This document shows positions 1 to 14,017 of a DNA stretch of 64,000 nucleotides, in pieces. The notes beneath the pieces are model-generated. The model was not told the origin of the DNA. It saw only the letters and a program-made list of their open reading frames with translations, and did no database searches. The position numbers and the translations under genes are program-made. The DNA comes from Eledone cirrhosa (taxonomy: Eukaryota). Position 1 is the stretch's first letter. Every line of letters starts with the position of its first letter. The stretch is taken from positions 15,996,001 to 16,060,000 of the forward strand of contig OZ024750.1 in the NCBI GenBank assembly GCA_964016885.1, given 5' to 3'.

Positions 1-196
1 CGGCCAGAATTCTCACCTATTTCTGTCCAAACTGACTGTAACTGGTTGTTCATACTGACGTTAAGGTATTGTTCTCAAAATAAATAACATAAAAATCTTG
101 TAGATTCAATATTATGTGAGATAATTATGTGAGGTAAAACATTTACCACAAAAATACAATAGTACATATAGAGTAATGTAAATGCTGAAGGGTTAA
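1..196. mobile_element. piggyBac-type MITE family 1, cut by the window edge
   Basis: Ends TAAATGCTGAAGGG|TTAA; internal sequence matches the other copies. Confidence 0.8.
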
Positions 197-493
197 AACA
201 AACAGCGCTATAACATAGAATCAGATGCAGTTTCATCAGAAATATGATACAAAAAAGGCTAAGCACATTTAGATATATTCAAGGGTGACCTTCATTAATT
301 TGATTCAATTGTATAAAAAGAACACGTCAGAGTAACACAGTACAGCACCAAAGTACCTATTCTGTTAACCCCCACCACTACAGTCACCATCAACTCTTTT
401 GTCTAAGTCCTCAACTCTAGCACTTCAAATTGTGAACAACAGAGTTCTTAACAAGCTGTAGTCCCTCATAGATTGGAAAGGTCATTATGACTG

Positions 494-1420
494 GGATGGT
501 TTAGTACAGTGTGATTGTGATGGTTTAGTTCACTGTGATTGTGATGGTTTAGCTCACTGAGATGGTGATGGTTTAGCTCACTGAGATGGTGATGGTTTAG
601 CTCACTGTGACTGTGATGGTTTAGCTCACTGTGACTGTGATGGTTTAGCTCACTGTGACTGTGATAGTTTAGCTCACTGTGACGGTTTAGCTCACTGACT
701 GTGATGGTTTAGCTCACTGTGACTGTGATGGCTTAGTTCACTGTGCCTGTGATGGTTTAGCTCACTGTGACTGTGATGGTTTAGCTCACTGTGACTGTGA
801 TGGCTTAGTTCACTGTGACTGTGATGGCTTAGTTCACTGTGCCTGTGATGGCTTAGTTCACTGTGCCTGTGATGGCTTAGTTCACTGTGCCTGTGATGGC
901 TTAGTTCACTGTGACTGTGATGGTTTAGTTCACTGTGACTGTGATGGTTTAGCTCACTGTGACTATGATGGCTTAGCTCAGTGTGTCTGTGATGGCTTAG
1001 CTCAGTGTGTCTGTGATGGCTTAGTTCAGTGACTGTGATGGCTTAATTCAGTGTGATTGTTATAGCTTAGTTCAGTGTGATTGTGATGGCTAAGTTCAGT
1101 GTGATTGTGATGGTTTAGAACTGTGCGATTGTGATGGTTTAGTTCACTGTGTGATTGTGATGGTTTAGTTCACTGTGATTGTGATGGTTTAGTTCACTGT
1201 GATTGTGATGGTTTAGTTCATTGTGATTGTGATGGTTTAGTTCATTGTGATTGTGATGGTTTAGTTCATTGTGATTGTGATGGTTTAGTTCATTGTGATT
1301 GTGATGGTTTAGTTCATTGTGATTGTGATGGTTTAGTTTGGTGTGATTGTTACAGCTTAGTTCAGTGACTGTGATGGCTTAGATCAGTGTGATTGTAATG
1401 GCTTATTTCACTGTGATGGT
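494..1420. repeat. 24-bp minisatellite TGTGATGGTTTAGYTCACTGTGAY
   Basis: Direct tandem array visible in the sequence. Confidence 0.95.
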
Positions 1421-1974
1421 TAATTCTAATGAGACATGATCAATACTAAATACCCTAGAATTCCTGGCAATTATGTGATTAACTTATTTTGGCAGCAGAA
1501 ATTCTTTATTTCACAGAGAATTTATACTGGATTTTTGGCAATAAACTGCAATTTACCTCTCACACCTCTCTCTCTCTATCTATCACATATACACACTCAC
1601 TCTTTCACTCAGACCTCTCTATTACTCCCTCCCTCTCTATCACACATACAGACTCTCCTTTCCACAGCCACCCCCTCTCTCAACCATACACACACACTTT
1701 CACGCCCATCTCTCTCTCTCTCTCTTCCTTTCTATCACAATACAGACTCCCTTTCACACCCACCTTCTCTCTCTTTCACACCCTCCTCCCTCTCTATCAT
1801 AAAATAAATACTCTCCCTGAGACACCAAACCCCTCTCTCTCTCTTTCACAAACAAACACTCACTCCCACTTTCCTACACATACATAAACACACACACACA
1901 CACATATATAAACAGAGTCTCTCCCTCTCACATTCACCATTCTATGTATATAGGAAGTGTTACAGCCGCACATT

Positions 1975-4030
1975 CACAACCACATAACCACCATCACCCT
2001 CACCACCACCACCACTACCACTCTCACCACAACAATCACCACCATCACCCTCACCACCACCACCACTACCACTACCACCACAACAATCACCACCACCACT
2101 ACCACCCTCACCACCACCACAGCAACACCTTCAACACTACCACTTCACAACACCATCTTCACCACCACCACCACTAATACCATCCTCACCACCACCACTA
2201 CAGCAACAACACCCTCACCGCCACCACCACCACAACAACAACACCCTCACCACCACCACTAATACCATCCTCACCACAACAATCACCACCACTAATACCA
2301 TCCTCACTATCACCACCACCACAGCAACAACACCCTCACCGCCACTACCACCACCACCACCACCACAGCAACAACACCCTCACCACCACCACCACCACCA
2401 CCACAGCAACAACACCCTCACCACCACCACCACTAATAATACCATCCTCACCACCACTAATACCATCCTCACCACCACCACCACAGCAACAACACCCTCA
2501 CCACCACCACCACCACAACAACACCCTCACCACCACCACCACTAATAATACCATCCTCACCACCACTAATACCATCCTCACCACCACCACCACAGCAACA
2601 ACACCCTCACCACCACCACCACCACAACAACACCCTCACCACCACCACCACAACAGCAACCTCACCACCACCACCACCACAGCAACAACACCCTCACCAC
2701 CACCACCACCACAACAACACCCTCACCACCACCACCACAACAACACCCTCACCACCACCACCACCACAGCAACAACACCCTCACCACCACCACCACCACA
2801 ACAACACCCTCACCACCACCACCACAGCAACAACACCCTCACCACCACCACCACAACAACACCCTCACCACCACCACCACAACAACACCCTCACCACCAC
2901 CACCACCACCACAACAACACCCTCACCACCACCACCACCACAACAACACCCTCACCACCACCACCACAGCAACAACACCCTCACCACCACCACCACCACA
3001 ACAACACCCTCACCACCACCACAACAACACCCTCACCACCACCACAACAACACCCTCACCACCACCACAACAACACCCTCACCACCACCACCACCACAAC
3101 AACACCCTCACCACCACCACAACAACACCCTCACCACCACCACAACAACACCCTCACCACCACCACCACAACAACACCCTCACCACCACCACCACAACAA
3201 CACCCTCACCACCACCACAACAACACCCTCACCACCACCACCACCACAACAACACCCTCACCACCACCACAACAACACCCTCACCACCACCACAACAACA
3301 CCCTCACCACCACCACAACAACACCCTCACCACCACCACCACAACAACACCCTCACCACCACCACCACCACCACAACAACACCCTCACCACCACCACCAC
3401 CACAACAACACCCTCACCACCACCACCACAGCAACAACACCCTCACCACCACCACCACCACAACAACACCCTCACCACCACCACAACAACACCCTCACCA
3501 CCACCACAACAACACCCTCACCACCACCACAACAACACCCTCACCACCACCACAACAACACCCTCACCACCACCACCACCACAACAACACCCTCACCACC
3601 ACCACAACAACACCCTCACCACCACCACAACAACACCCTCACCACCACCACAACAACACCCTCACCACCACCACCACAACAACACCCTCACCACCACCAC
3701 CACCACCACCACAACAACACCCTCACCACCACCACCACCACAACAACACCCTCACCACCACCACCACAGCAACAACACCCTCACCACCACCACCACCACA
3801 ACAACACCCTCACCACCACCACAACAACACCCTCACCACCACCACAACAACACCCTCACCACCACCACAACAACACCCTCACCACCACCACAACAACACC
3901 CTCACCACCACCACCACCACAACAACACCCTCACCACCACCACAACAACACCCTCACCACCACCACAACAACACCCTCACCACCACCACAACAACACCCT
4001 CACCACCACCACCACAACAGCAACCTCACT
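1975..4030. repeat. (CAC)n-derived minisatellite, (CAC)3-7-AACAACACCCT units
   Basis: Direct tandem array. Confidence 0.95.
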
Positions 4031-4166
4031 GCTGCCATTAATTAACAGACTGAACTATAAAACCATATATATATATATATATATATCAGATAATTTGCTG
4101 CTATTCACAAAATATTTTTTTATACTGCTCTGTGATTATCATTACAGAAAATATCAACCCACGTCT

Positions 4167-5112
4167 GGTGGTGGTGGTGGTGATGGTGGATGTGGTGATG
4201 GTGGTGGATGTGGTGATGGTGGAGGTGGTCATGGTGGTGTTAGTGTTGATTGGGATGATGGTTGTGATAGTGGAGGGTGTCGTGGTGGTCATGGTGGTGT
4301 GAGTGTTTATTGTGATGATGGTGGAGGTGGTGGTGATGGTGGTCATGGTGGTGTGAGTGTTGATTGTGATGGTGGTGGAGGTGGTCGTGGTCGTGGTGGT
4401 GGTCATGGTGGTGTTAGTGTTGATTGGGATGATGGTTGTGATGGTGGAGGGTGTCGTGGTGTGAGTGTTTATTGTGATGATGGTGGAGGTGGTCGTGGTG
4501 GTGGTCATGGTGGTGTGAGTGTTGATTGTGATGATGGTTGTGATGGTGGTGGAGGTGGTTGTGGAGGTGGTTGTGGAGGTGGTCATGGTGGTGTGAGTGT
4601 TGATTGTGATGGTGGTGAAGGTGGTCGTGGTGGTGGTCGTGGTGGTGGAGGTGGTCGTGGTGGTGGTCATGGTGGTGTTAGTGTTGATTGTGATGTTGGA
4701 GGTGGTGTTGGAAGTGATGGTGGTGGTGTTAGTGTTGATTGTGGTAGCAGAGGTAGTGGTGGTTGTGGTAATGGTGGAGGTGGTGTGATGGTGGAAGTGA
4801 TGGCGGTAGTGTTAGTGTTGATGGTGGTATTGGAAGTGGTGGTGGAGGTGATGAGGTTGGTGGTGTTGGAAGTGATAGTGGTGGTGTTGGAAGTGATAGT
4901 GGTGGTGTTGGAAGTGATGGTGGTGGAAGTGATAGTGGTGGTGATGGTGTTGATAGTGGTGGTGATGGTGTTGGGGGTGTTTTAAATTGTGTTGGAGGTG
5001 GTAGTGTTTGTGGTGGTGATGATGGTGATGATGAATTTGCTGGCAGTGATGATGACAATGGTAATGATGATGGTGACTGTAGTTATGATAATAATGGTGT
5101 TAATGGTGTTGG
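4167..5112. repeat. (GGT)n/(GAT)n-derived compound repeat
   Basis: Low-complexity tract with a recurring GGTCATGGTGGTGTGAGTGTTGATTGTGAT unit. Confidence 0.95.
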
Positions 5113-5558
5113 TAAGGATTTCTCCTAAACACACCAAGGTGTCATATTGTTTACCTCTAAACTAAACACAAAGGTTCTTACATAAAATTATGAGGCAGAA
5201 CTTTCATTACCATATCTCTAATGAACGACATTACATATGATTTCTGAAGCATTTTGGAAATAATTAAGAATTTAGAGGGATTTTAATATAACTAATTTTC
5301 TTCTTATTAAGGTGACATTTGGAACAGTTCACACCCACACAAAATCACATCACAGGTCATAATACCATACAACCCTCGCCACTGCTTAAGATATTTCTAC
5401 AATGTTGCTATGAGGTAAAGATGTTTAGTGATTTATTTATTGATTGTAGGAAATTATTATATATTTAAGTTAATTATATAAATTTTCTTAATGAAATAAT
5501 GAGGCTCAGTAACACACCTCTCTGAAATCAGCACTTGAGGTGGTTTGCCCAATTGACC

Positions 5559-5757
5559 TTAAACCCCTTTAGCATTTATGTTACTCTATTTTTACTATTG
5601 TATTTTCACACTAAAGGGTTTATCCCACATAATATTGAAGCTACAAGATTTTGATGTTATGTATTTTGAGAACAATACCTTAACATGAGTGGCCTGTAAC
5701 AGAAAGAGGTGAGAGAATTCTGGCTGGGTATGGCCGGTTTAAATGCTAAAGGGTTAA
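5559..5757. mobile_element. piggyBac-type MITE family 1
   Basis: CCCTTTAGCATTTA ... TAAATGCTAAAGGG|TTAA. Confidence 0.8.
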
Positions 5758-5869
5758 TGGCAGTACCGGCACTGTATTTAACTGTAATCTTTAAAGGTTT
5801 ACTAATGTATCTCTCTAAGGTCTGCTCTCGAGGTGGCTGCTCAGTTGGCCTTAATGGTAGCAATGGCCC

Positions 5870-6250
5870 TGAACCCAACCAAACTAAACACACGGTAGTG
5901 TTATGAAACAGCTATGGTGTTCCTCCCTCTAAACACATTGTAATGTCCTCTAACAGCTGTAGTGTTTACCTCTCCTAAACACATAGTAGTGTCATTAAAC
6001 AGATATAGTGTTTACCCATAACTAAACTAAACACATGGTAGTCTCATTAAACAAATACGTGTTTACTCATACCCAAACTAAACACATGATGGTGTTATGA
6101 TTCAGCTATGCTGTTCACCCTCAACCAAACTCATTGTGTTCATTCCCACATAACCACATAAACATATGATAGACTCATTAAACAATGAAGGTGTTCACCT
6201 CGGCCAAACTGAACACATGGCAGGGTCATTAACTGGCCATCTTGTTCAAT
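5870..6250. repeat. Degenerate ~45-bp tandem repeat (CTAAACACATGGTAGTGTCATTAAACAGCTAT...)
   Basis: Recurring AAACACAT..TAG..TCATTAAACA motif. Confidence 0.7.
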
Positions 6251-6384
6251 GTTAAACCACAGTGAGAAATATTTCAACAAGAAAGAAAGAGAGGAGAAGA
6301 AGAAAAAAAAAAAAACTGGAAGTTAACAGGGTTTAATTGTAAAGAAGTATGTCAATGAGCTTCCTTCCACACTTCCATACTTAC

Positions 6385-6439
6385 AACAAATAAAATGTGT
6401 ATAGTTGTACTTTCAAAGGTTTCATTCATGTCTTTACTT
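6385..6439 (-). CDS. Candidate small exon (SKDMNETFESTTIHILFV) ending in phase 0
   Basis: Consensus donor GTT|GTAAGTA at 6384. Possible acceptors atatttcaacag| (6441-6440) or tctctcttctgttaag| (6478-6477). One open frame, with an internal ATG at 6429. Confidence 0.3.
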
Positions 6440-7141
6440 CTGTTGAAATATGATCGTGGGTGTTGATAGTAAAGGACTTAACAGAAGAGAGATAGATTTC
6501 TTTATTTGCCACAAGGGCACACAAGATGGCTAGCTATCTAGTTGGTTTACTAACTTCTTTTGTTTCAGTATTTCTAACAAAAGACACTGTCTATAATTTT
6601 AAAAATAATTTTCTCTTTAAGTTGGAGTTCAAAACACAAAAGTTCTTGCATTAAACAATGAAATATTTTCACTTTAACCGTTTCTAATGAACGATACTGC
6701 CTAATATTTTCAAATAATTTTTAAAATAATCAAGGATTTATAAATATTTAGTAATGTAACTATATTTCTCATTATTAATTTTGTCTTTGGAACATAAAGG
6801 TTCTTCTACACAAAATTCGGATGGAAGTTTATTTAAATAAATATAATCACTTTAAACTTTTCATTACCATATTTCTAATGAAAGACATTGCCTAGGAACT
6901 TTCAAATCATTACAATATAATCAAGAATTTGAAGTAATTTAGTAAAATAACTAAATTTTGAAAATAATTAGGAATTAGGTAGACAGTGCTGGTAGCATGA
7001 TAAAACATATCCAGTACACTCTGTAAAATGTTTGTCATTAAGAAGAGCATCCGTCTGTAGAAACCATACCAAAATATGGAACATATGGGCAAGGTGTTGT
7101 CATCTGAACAGTTCAACACCATGTTGCATGGCTAGTAGACA

Positions 7142-7368
7142 TTAACCCTTTAGCATTTACATTACTCTGTATTTACTATTGTATTTTCACGGTAAAGGTT
7201 TTATCTCATAATTACCCCACATAATATCGAAGTTATGAGATTTTGATGTTATTTATTTTGAAAACAATACCTTAACATCGGTATGAGTGGCCAGTTACGG
7301 CCAGTTTGAACAGAAAGAGGCAAGAGAATTCTGGCCAGATACGGCTGGTTTAAATACTAAAGGGTTAA
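7142..7368. mobile_element. piggyBac-type MITE family 1 (~220 bp), complete copy
   Basis: TTAA|CCCTTTAGCATTTA ... TAAATACTAAAGGG|TTAA: terminal inverted repeats with a TTAA duplication. Confidence 0.85.
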
Positions 7369-8451
7369 ATGAAGATAATGATCATGCTAAGATAAAATAC
7401 ATCCAATTCAATGTGTGAGTGCTTATGTGTAATATGTATATGTGTGAGTGTGTATCGTGTATGTGAAAGAGTATGTGCAATACATATACGTGTGAGCGCA
7501 TATAGTATAACCAGTGTATGCGTGAATGTGTATAGAGTAATACGTAGATATGAGAGAGTATATGTGTAATAGGTATATGTGAGAGATTGTGTGTGCAGAT
7601 GTATTTTTAGGTAGCTACTAGTCTCCAATATCAGAGTAAATAAGAACTACACAGTGTCATGTTTTAGATTAGACAGGAAGCCACCTGCCCTTCCATATCT
7701 TGTTTGTTCTACTTTATATACATAATCATGTTTACATCATTATCTCAACATTGGAGAATGACAATTATAGTACAACCCCTTGTTGATGTGAAATCACCTG
7801 ATCTAGATGATGATGTTTGGCTCAGGATCAGAAGGACATAAGTTTGATTTCATGTCTAGCTGATGCACTGAGACTGAGCAAGGTCCTATATTTTACAATG
7901 CTCCTCTTTCAATTAGCTGAAAATGAGCACCAACTGTAGGTTAGCTCAGTGATGGTCTGGTACCTTGTCCAGTCAAGAGTATTGTATTCCTCTGAAGATG
8001 GCCAGAGGGTACAACAGCTGAATATAACACTGAGTAATAATGATAATTTCTCTGATATAACTTTGTATAATATTGATAATTCCCTCACCTCAGAAATTCT
8101 CATAAAATATTGGGTCTTTTGGAATGATTTGAAAGTTTTTTTTAAGAACAATGAAACAACAGATTTTAATGTGAACAATAAGTAGCTTTGTAGAAATCCT
8201 TAATAGCAGAATGGTTAAGCTTTTCACGACTGGGTGAGAGGAGTGATGGAAATGAATGTGGAAAGGGATAATGGATGGGGTAGACCAAGAAAGACATGGT
8301 GAAAGATGATGGAGGAAGAAGTGAAAACCAGAGGAGGCCGGGGGGGTGCAGCTGATAGGGCAAAGTAGAAAAGCTTGTCATGGAGCCTGCAAGGCTAATT
8401 TCTGCTTTAGTAGGGAAAATTGTCTTAAAATGCTTGTTGTTGTATTGCTGG

Positions 8452-8666
8452 TTAACTGTTTAGCATTTACATTACTCTGTATTTACTATTGTATTTTCAC
8501 AGTAACGGCTTTATCTCACATAATATCGAAGCTACAAGATTTTGATGCTATTTATTTTGAGAACAATACCTAACATCAATTTGAGTGGCCAGTTGCGGCC
8601 AGTTTGAACAGAAATAGGCGAGAGAATTCTGGTCGGATATGGCTGGTTCAAATGTTAATGGGTTAA
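8452..8666. mobile_element. piggyBac-type MITE family 1
   Basis: Diverged TIRs, TTAA on both sides, same internal sequence. Confidence 0.8.
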
Positions 8667-9752
8667 GCTCTTAATAAGCCAAGAACACAACTGATTGTGA
8701 TTCCTAGTCGATATTATACCTAATCACAAGAAACCAATAATTTGTAACTTTCAAAGAAGAAATCTTGTGTAAGACAAAGACTAATTGTAGTTTTGAGATA
8801 ATTTCAATAAACCAATTATATTCTAGAATTGCTTAATTAAACTAATTGGATTTTGTGATTACTAAATTATTGGTTAAGATGAAATACAGAGAACACAAAA
8901 AACTTCATTACAAAATATCTTTCCTCCTCATCTCTTGTAGTGGAACGTTTTGCTTAAGATTGAGATAGAGGTTAAAACCTGTTCCAGGGTTAAGGGCTCA
9001 TCAAGCTGAAGCTTATCCTGGTTTCATTAAAGTTAATTGAAAATACAAGACTCTTCCCTGGACAGGATGCCAGTCCATAACAGGGTTAACTCCTTGCAGC
9101 TGAGTAGACAGGAGCAACATGAAGTGTTTGCTCAAGATCACAACATGCCACCTGGTCCTCCAGGTATTGAACCTATGACATTGTGATTGTGAACACAACA
9201 CTAACTACTAGAATGTCTGCCTAAACACTGATTCAGATAATAAAAAAAAATAGTAAAATTTAAAGCTCATAGCTGTATAAGTTTAGCTGGCCTCCTATGA
9301 AGTTTCCATAGGTTTCTTGGGTTGCTTTAATCATAAGATCCCTAGTCAAATCATAAGTGTTGTTACAGTTCACACTTATGCAGGTTTAGCTGACTTCCTA
9401 CAAAGTTATATCCCATATGTAGCTTCTTGGGTGTTTTAATGATAGGGTCCCCATTCATATCATGTTGTTCTTACAACTCACCTATGCAGGTTTAGCTGGC
9501 CTCCTACAAGGCTGTATCTCATAGGAGGTTTTTCAGGCATTTCAATGAAGTGCCTGGCTCGAGAAAATAACGCAATACCTAGTCCAGGAATCAAAGCCAC
9601 GGCCTTATGATTGTAAGTCCAGCACTTTAACCACTAGGTTATATGCCGAAATAAAACATAAAATATAGTCCATGCAAAATATGTATAAAAAAAAAAAAAT
9701 AATACAAGTCAACAAAAACAAAAAACAAAGAACAAAACAACCTGTTGCTTAC

Positions 9753-9908
9753 ATCAGAATAACTTCTTTGTACTCTTTTATGATGGCGTGTTTTACGAAC
9801 CATCTTCTCTTGGCCTGTTTTGGATGCCATTCTATCTGTTCGTGGTCGATTAAACATGACCTGTTGGCCTGGTGGCTCTGCTGAATGGTTTGAGCGTAAT
9901 TCAACCAT
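9753..9908 (-). CDS. Candidate first coding exon (52 aa, MVELRSNHSAEPPGQQVMFNRPRTDRMASKTGQEKMVRKTRHHKRVQRSYSD) of an unidentified minus-strand gene; full exon probably 9753-10160
   Basis: Unique high-complexity sequence. ATG at 9908 with an open frame to the donor GAT|GTAAGC (phase 0). Upstream acceptor ttttttttcgtcattgtatttcag| with AG at 10162-10161 (alternative AG at 10153-10152). Protein not recognised. Confidence 0.65.
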
Positions 9909-12494
9909 GAAGAATTAGTTCAGTTCACTGATTGAAGAATTTGATTGTCTTTTGTGTTGTCTGAATATATATATATATTTTTTTGTTTGTTTGTTTGTCT
10001 ATATATATATATTTTTTTATTTGTGTGAGTCTCTTCCTTAATTAATTGTGAACAATATTGTATATATTTGTATTTGTTTCTTTTTTTTCAAAATTGATTC
10101 ATTAAAAAATATTTTCTATCATTGATGTAAACGGGATAATTCAGGTGAATACTGAAAACACTGAAATACAATGACGAAAAAAAACATGTCTAAATTATAT
10201 AGAATCGGTATTAACAATATGAAACTAATATTGCATACTAGCTACTACTATTATGTTAACAAAAATAAATTAACTGACATTACTGGACCCAATAAAGGAA
10301 CTTCTACATGGTCCCTCAATTTGCTAGAAATAACAGCCAAATCTCCCCCAAAACAATCATACCAGGTTTCAAAAGTTAAAAATATCTGTCTCAAACCTAG
10401 AGATTCATCAAACCCAGAGTTTATTCCAGTTTCATGTGGTATTAAAAAAACTGCGAGTACACCAGTCCTTTGCAGACTCAAAATATCTCCAAAGTACAAG
10501 ACTCAACCCTGGACAAACCAACAGTCCTTTGAAGATTTAAAATCTCCCCAAAGTACAGTTTTATCAGGCCAAAAGCTAATCCCAGATTTAGGTGGTTTTA
10601 GGTGGTATTAAGTAACTGGGAGTACAAGACAACCCTGGTCAGGACACCAGTCCATCACAAACTTAAAGTCTGTTCCAAGCGCAATCTCATCAGGTCCAGA
10701 GTTTATACTAGTTTCATGTGATATTAAGTGACTCAGAGTACAAGACACAACCCTAGATGGAACACCTGTCTGTTGTGAGGTCAACCATGTCTCCAGCTGC
10801 TGCAGCTACTTTTATTTCTGTTGGGTGGATTGGAACAATATGAAATAAAGTGATTTGCTCAAGGACATAATACACTATCCAGTCCAGGACTTGAAACCAT
10901 GACCTTATGATTATAAACCCAACACAATAACCACAAAGCCATACACCTTTAATATATCAATGACAATGGCTAATCACCTGACAATGAGACCACCATTTTA
11001 CATCCATTTTACCATGTTGGCATGGATGGATGGTTCCTCACAATCCAAAACTAAACAAGTTAGGAAATCATATCTTGCTTATACACAGCATTGTGGCATG
11101 TTTTCTACAGCTAAACACCTCTCCTAATGCTGACCACTTTACAGAGTGTACTGGGTGTGTTTTATCATGGTACCAACACTACTACTTTACATGCTGGACT
11201 GAGTGCGTTTTATTGTGGTACCAGGACTACCAAAAATGACAACAACCCAATCTTAGTGATGTGGTTTTAAAGAGCAGCCAGTAACTGAGTCAGAATTTAT
11301 AGCAGTAGACTCTGATATTACCTTACAAGGAATTTATGCCAAAAACTATTAGATAAGAGAAAACAAAAAAAAAAAACAGTCAGAGCTAAATTCTTTAACC
11401 CTTTCATTACCATATTTCTACAGTAAAATACTGCTTATGTGTTTCAATTAATTTTGAAAATTATCAAATTTGAAACAAAGGTTCTTACATAAAATTATGA
11501 TGAAATATAATAACCCTTTCATTACCATATTTCTAATAAAGGACACTGGTTATGATTTTCGAAGAATTTTGAAAATAATCAAGAATTTGGAAATATTTAG
11601 TAACATAACTTAAAGGTTCTTACATTAAATTATGACAGTAGGTTTTTATATAAATATATGAATACTTTAACTATTATAACTTTGTTATCATATTTCTAAT
11701 GAAAGACACTGCTTATGATTTCAAAGTTTACGTACTACTACAATATAATTTAAACTATTAAGAGTTGTTTTCTAGTTGAAAGAGATCTTATGTTCAGAGA
11801 TTATTTCGAAATCCGGGTCATAAAAAAAAATGGGCAAGAGTGTTGTGACACTAGGATAGTTGTTGTGACAACAGTAAAGGATGTCATGACAAGCTATTGG
11901 TTAGGATTTTTAAAACTACATATACATAACCTAGTTCAGATCATATACTGAATTTAACATCCAAAAGGAGTGGAGAATACTTATACAATTATATATACAT
12001 ACAATTATATACACATACACACACATATATATATATATATATTAGTACAGATGAAAACAATTTCTCCTTTCACCCTAAGCGGAATCTTTATATATAGGGG
12101 AGGGGGGGGGGGGTACATAAAAATAACTTGGAAAATATAAACAATAACAATATACAAATAAACGGTTTCTAATTTAGACAAAGCCGACAGTTTAAAGATA
12201 GCGGGATGTTGATTAAATTGACCTCAGTTCTTGAGTGATAGTTTATCGGCCCTCAGAAAGGGGGAAAGGCACAGTTGAACTTGGTGGGATCTAAACTTAA
12301 ATCACAAAGAACGGGATGGAATAAATACAACGAAGCATTTTATCTGATGTTCTAAGGATTCTGCCAAATAATCATACTGGAGTGTTTTAATCTCAGACAG
12401 AAATAAGTAGTGACAGATAAACCACGTTCAAATTCTGCTGTAGTTGATGTTATTTATCTTCCTGGAGATGATAAGATAATTTACGGGAGTTTCA

Positions 12495-13062
12495 TTAACC
12501 CTTTTCATTACCATATTTCTAATGAAAGATACTACCAAGGATTTTCAAATAATCAAGAATTTAGAGGAGCTTAGTAAAATATAATTTTTCATTATTTAGC
12601 TGGTGTTTGGAGCAAACTTAAAGATTCTTACATGAATTTATGATGGAATTCTTTTATACACACAACATAAACAATTTAAAATAGGGTGTGCAACATAATC
12701 TATTGGCAGGCCACTTTTGAACATTGGAACTGCTATTAGGGCCAGTCACTGTCAAAAATATTTAATCTAATGAAAACCATAACTTCTTTCCATAACACGG
12801 AACTGGGAAATTATAGCACACATAACTCTATCAGTGAAGCCCTTTAGTATAGGTCAACTAACAGAAAATTGTATTACGATTACGAAAAAAATTCTAAATA
12901 AACCTACAAGGTAAAAATTAAAAACGGTCATCGCGGGCCACTCCGACTGGGCTGGCGGGCCGGTTAGTGACGCACGGACCGCCTGTTGCACGCCCCTACT
13001 TTAAAACAAACATCTTACTATCGTAGAACAAGTTTCAGGCAGGTTGGTACCAAAAGGGTTAA
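12495..13062. mobile_element. piggyBac-type MITE family 2, host of a nested hAT MITE
   Basis: TTAA|CCCTTTTCATTACCA ... TGGTACCAAAAGGG|TTAA. Fragments of this family also lie near 5.2, 6.7-6.95, 11.4-11.7, 18.8-19.3, 24.2-25.0, 38.7-39.25, 48.8-49.2, 59.4-59.6 and 63.8-64.0 kb. Confidence 0.75.
12682..12998. mobile_element. hAT-type MITE
   Basis: TIRs TAGGG-TGTGCAAC / GTTGCACGCCCCTA; 8-bp duplication ATTTAAAA / CTTTAAAA (7 of 8 match). Confidence 0.75.
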
Positions 13063-13099
13063 TGTTATTATAAAGTACCAGTTAGGAATTCGGATAGTC

Positions 13100-14017
13100 T
13101 TAACTGACTTTCTCTTTCCCCTAATTGATGACTTGTGCCAACATCAGAAACCATTATTATATAATAATAAAATAAGGGCGGTGGATTGGCAGTATCAGTA
13201 GAGTCGGACGCCATGCTTTCCAGAATAGTTACGTCCTTTTACGGTCTGAGTTCAAATCCCGCCGAGGTTAACTTTGCCTTTCACCCTTACGGGGTCGATA
13301 AAATAAAGTACCAGTAATGTATTGTGCCAAAAGTAGAAACAATTATTGGAGGGCGGTAAATTGGCAGTATCGGTAGAGAGTCGGACGCCATGCTTTGACG
13401 TATAGAGTTACGGCCCTTGCCATTCTGAGTTCAAATCCCGCCGAGGTTAACTTTGCCTTTCATCCTTATGGGGTCGATAAAATAAAGTACCAGTAAAAGT
13501 AGAAACAATTATTATATAATAATTGTTTCTACTTTTGGCACAAGGCCAGCAATTACCCAGTACATTACTGGTACTTTATTTTATCGCGCTCGTAAGGATG
13601 AAAGGCAAAGTTAACCTCGACGGGATTTGAACTCAAACCGTAAAGGGACGATTTTAGGGGTGAGACGAAAGTTGATTAAATTACACTAGAGTCGATTTAA
13701 TCGACTTTCACTCCCCTAAAATTGCTGGCCTTGTGGCTATCAGAAACCATCCCGCCGAGGTTAACTTTGCCTTTCATCCTTACGGGGTCGATAAAATAAA
13801 GTACCAGTAATACACTGGATTATTGCTGGCCTTGTGCCAAAAGTAGAAACCATTATTATTCTTTACGGCATATAGTTACGTCCCTTTACGATCTGAGTTC
13901 AAATCCCGCCGAGGTTAACTTTGCCTTTCATCCTTACGGAGTCGATAAAATAAAGTACCAGTAATGCACTGGTATTTGCTGGCATTATGCCAGAAGTAGA
14001 ACATTATTATTATTATT
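13100..14017. mobile_element. Cluster of at least five tRNA-head SINE copies (family A) in mixed orientation
   Basis: Repeated TGGCAGTATCGGTAGA (box A-like), GAGTTCAAATCCCGCC (box B) and body GTTAACTTTGCCTTTCATCCTTACGGGGTCGATAAAATAAAGTACCAG. Copies at 13176, 13351, 13750 and 13862 (+) and 13521-13650 (-). Confidence 0.9.

Noticed and set aside
494-1420. GGTTTAG-containing array as possible telomeric repeat
   Set aside because: A 24-bp unit, not TTAGGG; ordinary minisatellite.
4095-4985. Gly-rich 296-aa ORF resembling a structural protein
   Set aside because: It is the (GGT)n tract, starts at TTG, and is open in several frames because of low complexity.
10171-10611. 146-aa ORF
   Set aside because: Runs through degenerate, tandemly reiterated SINE-tail sequence; no recognisable domain.
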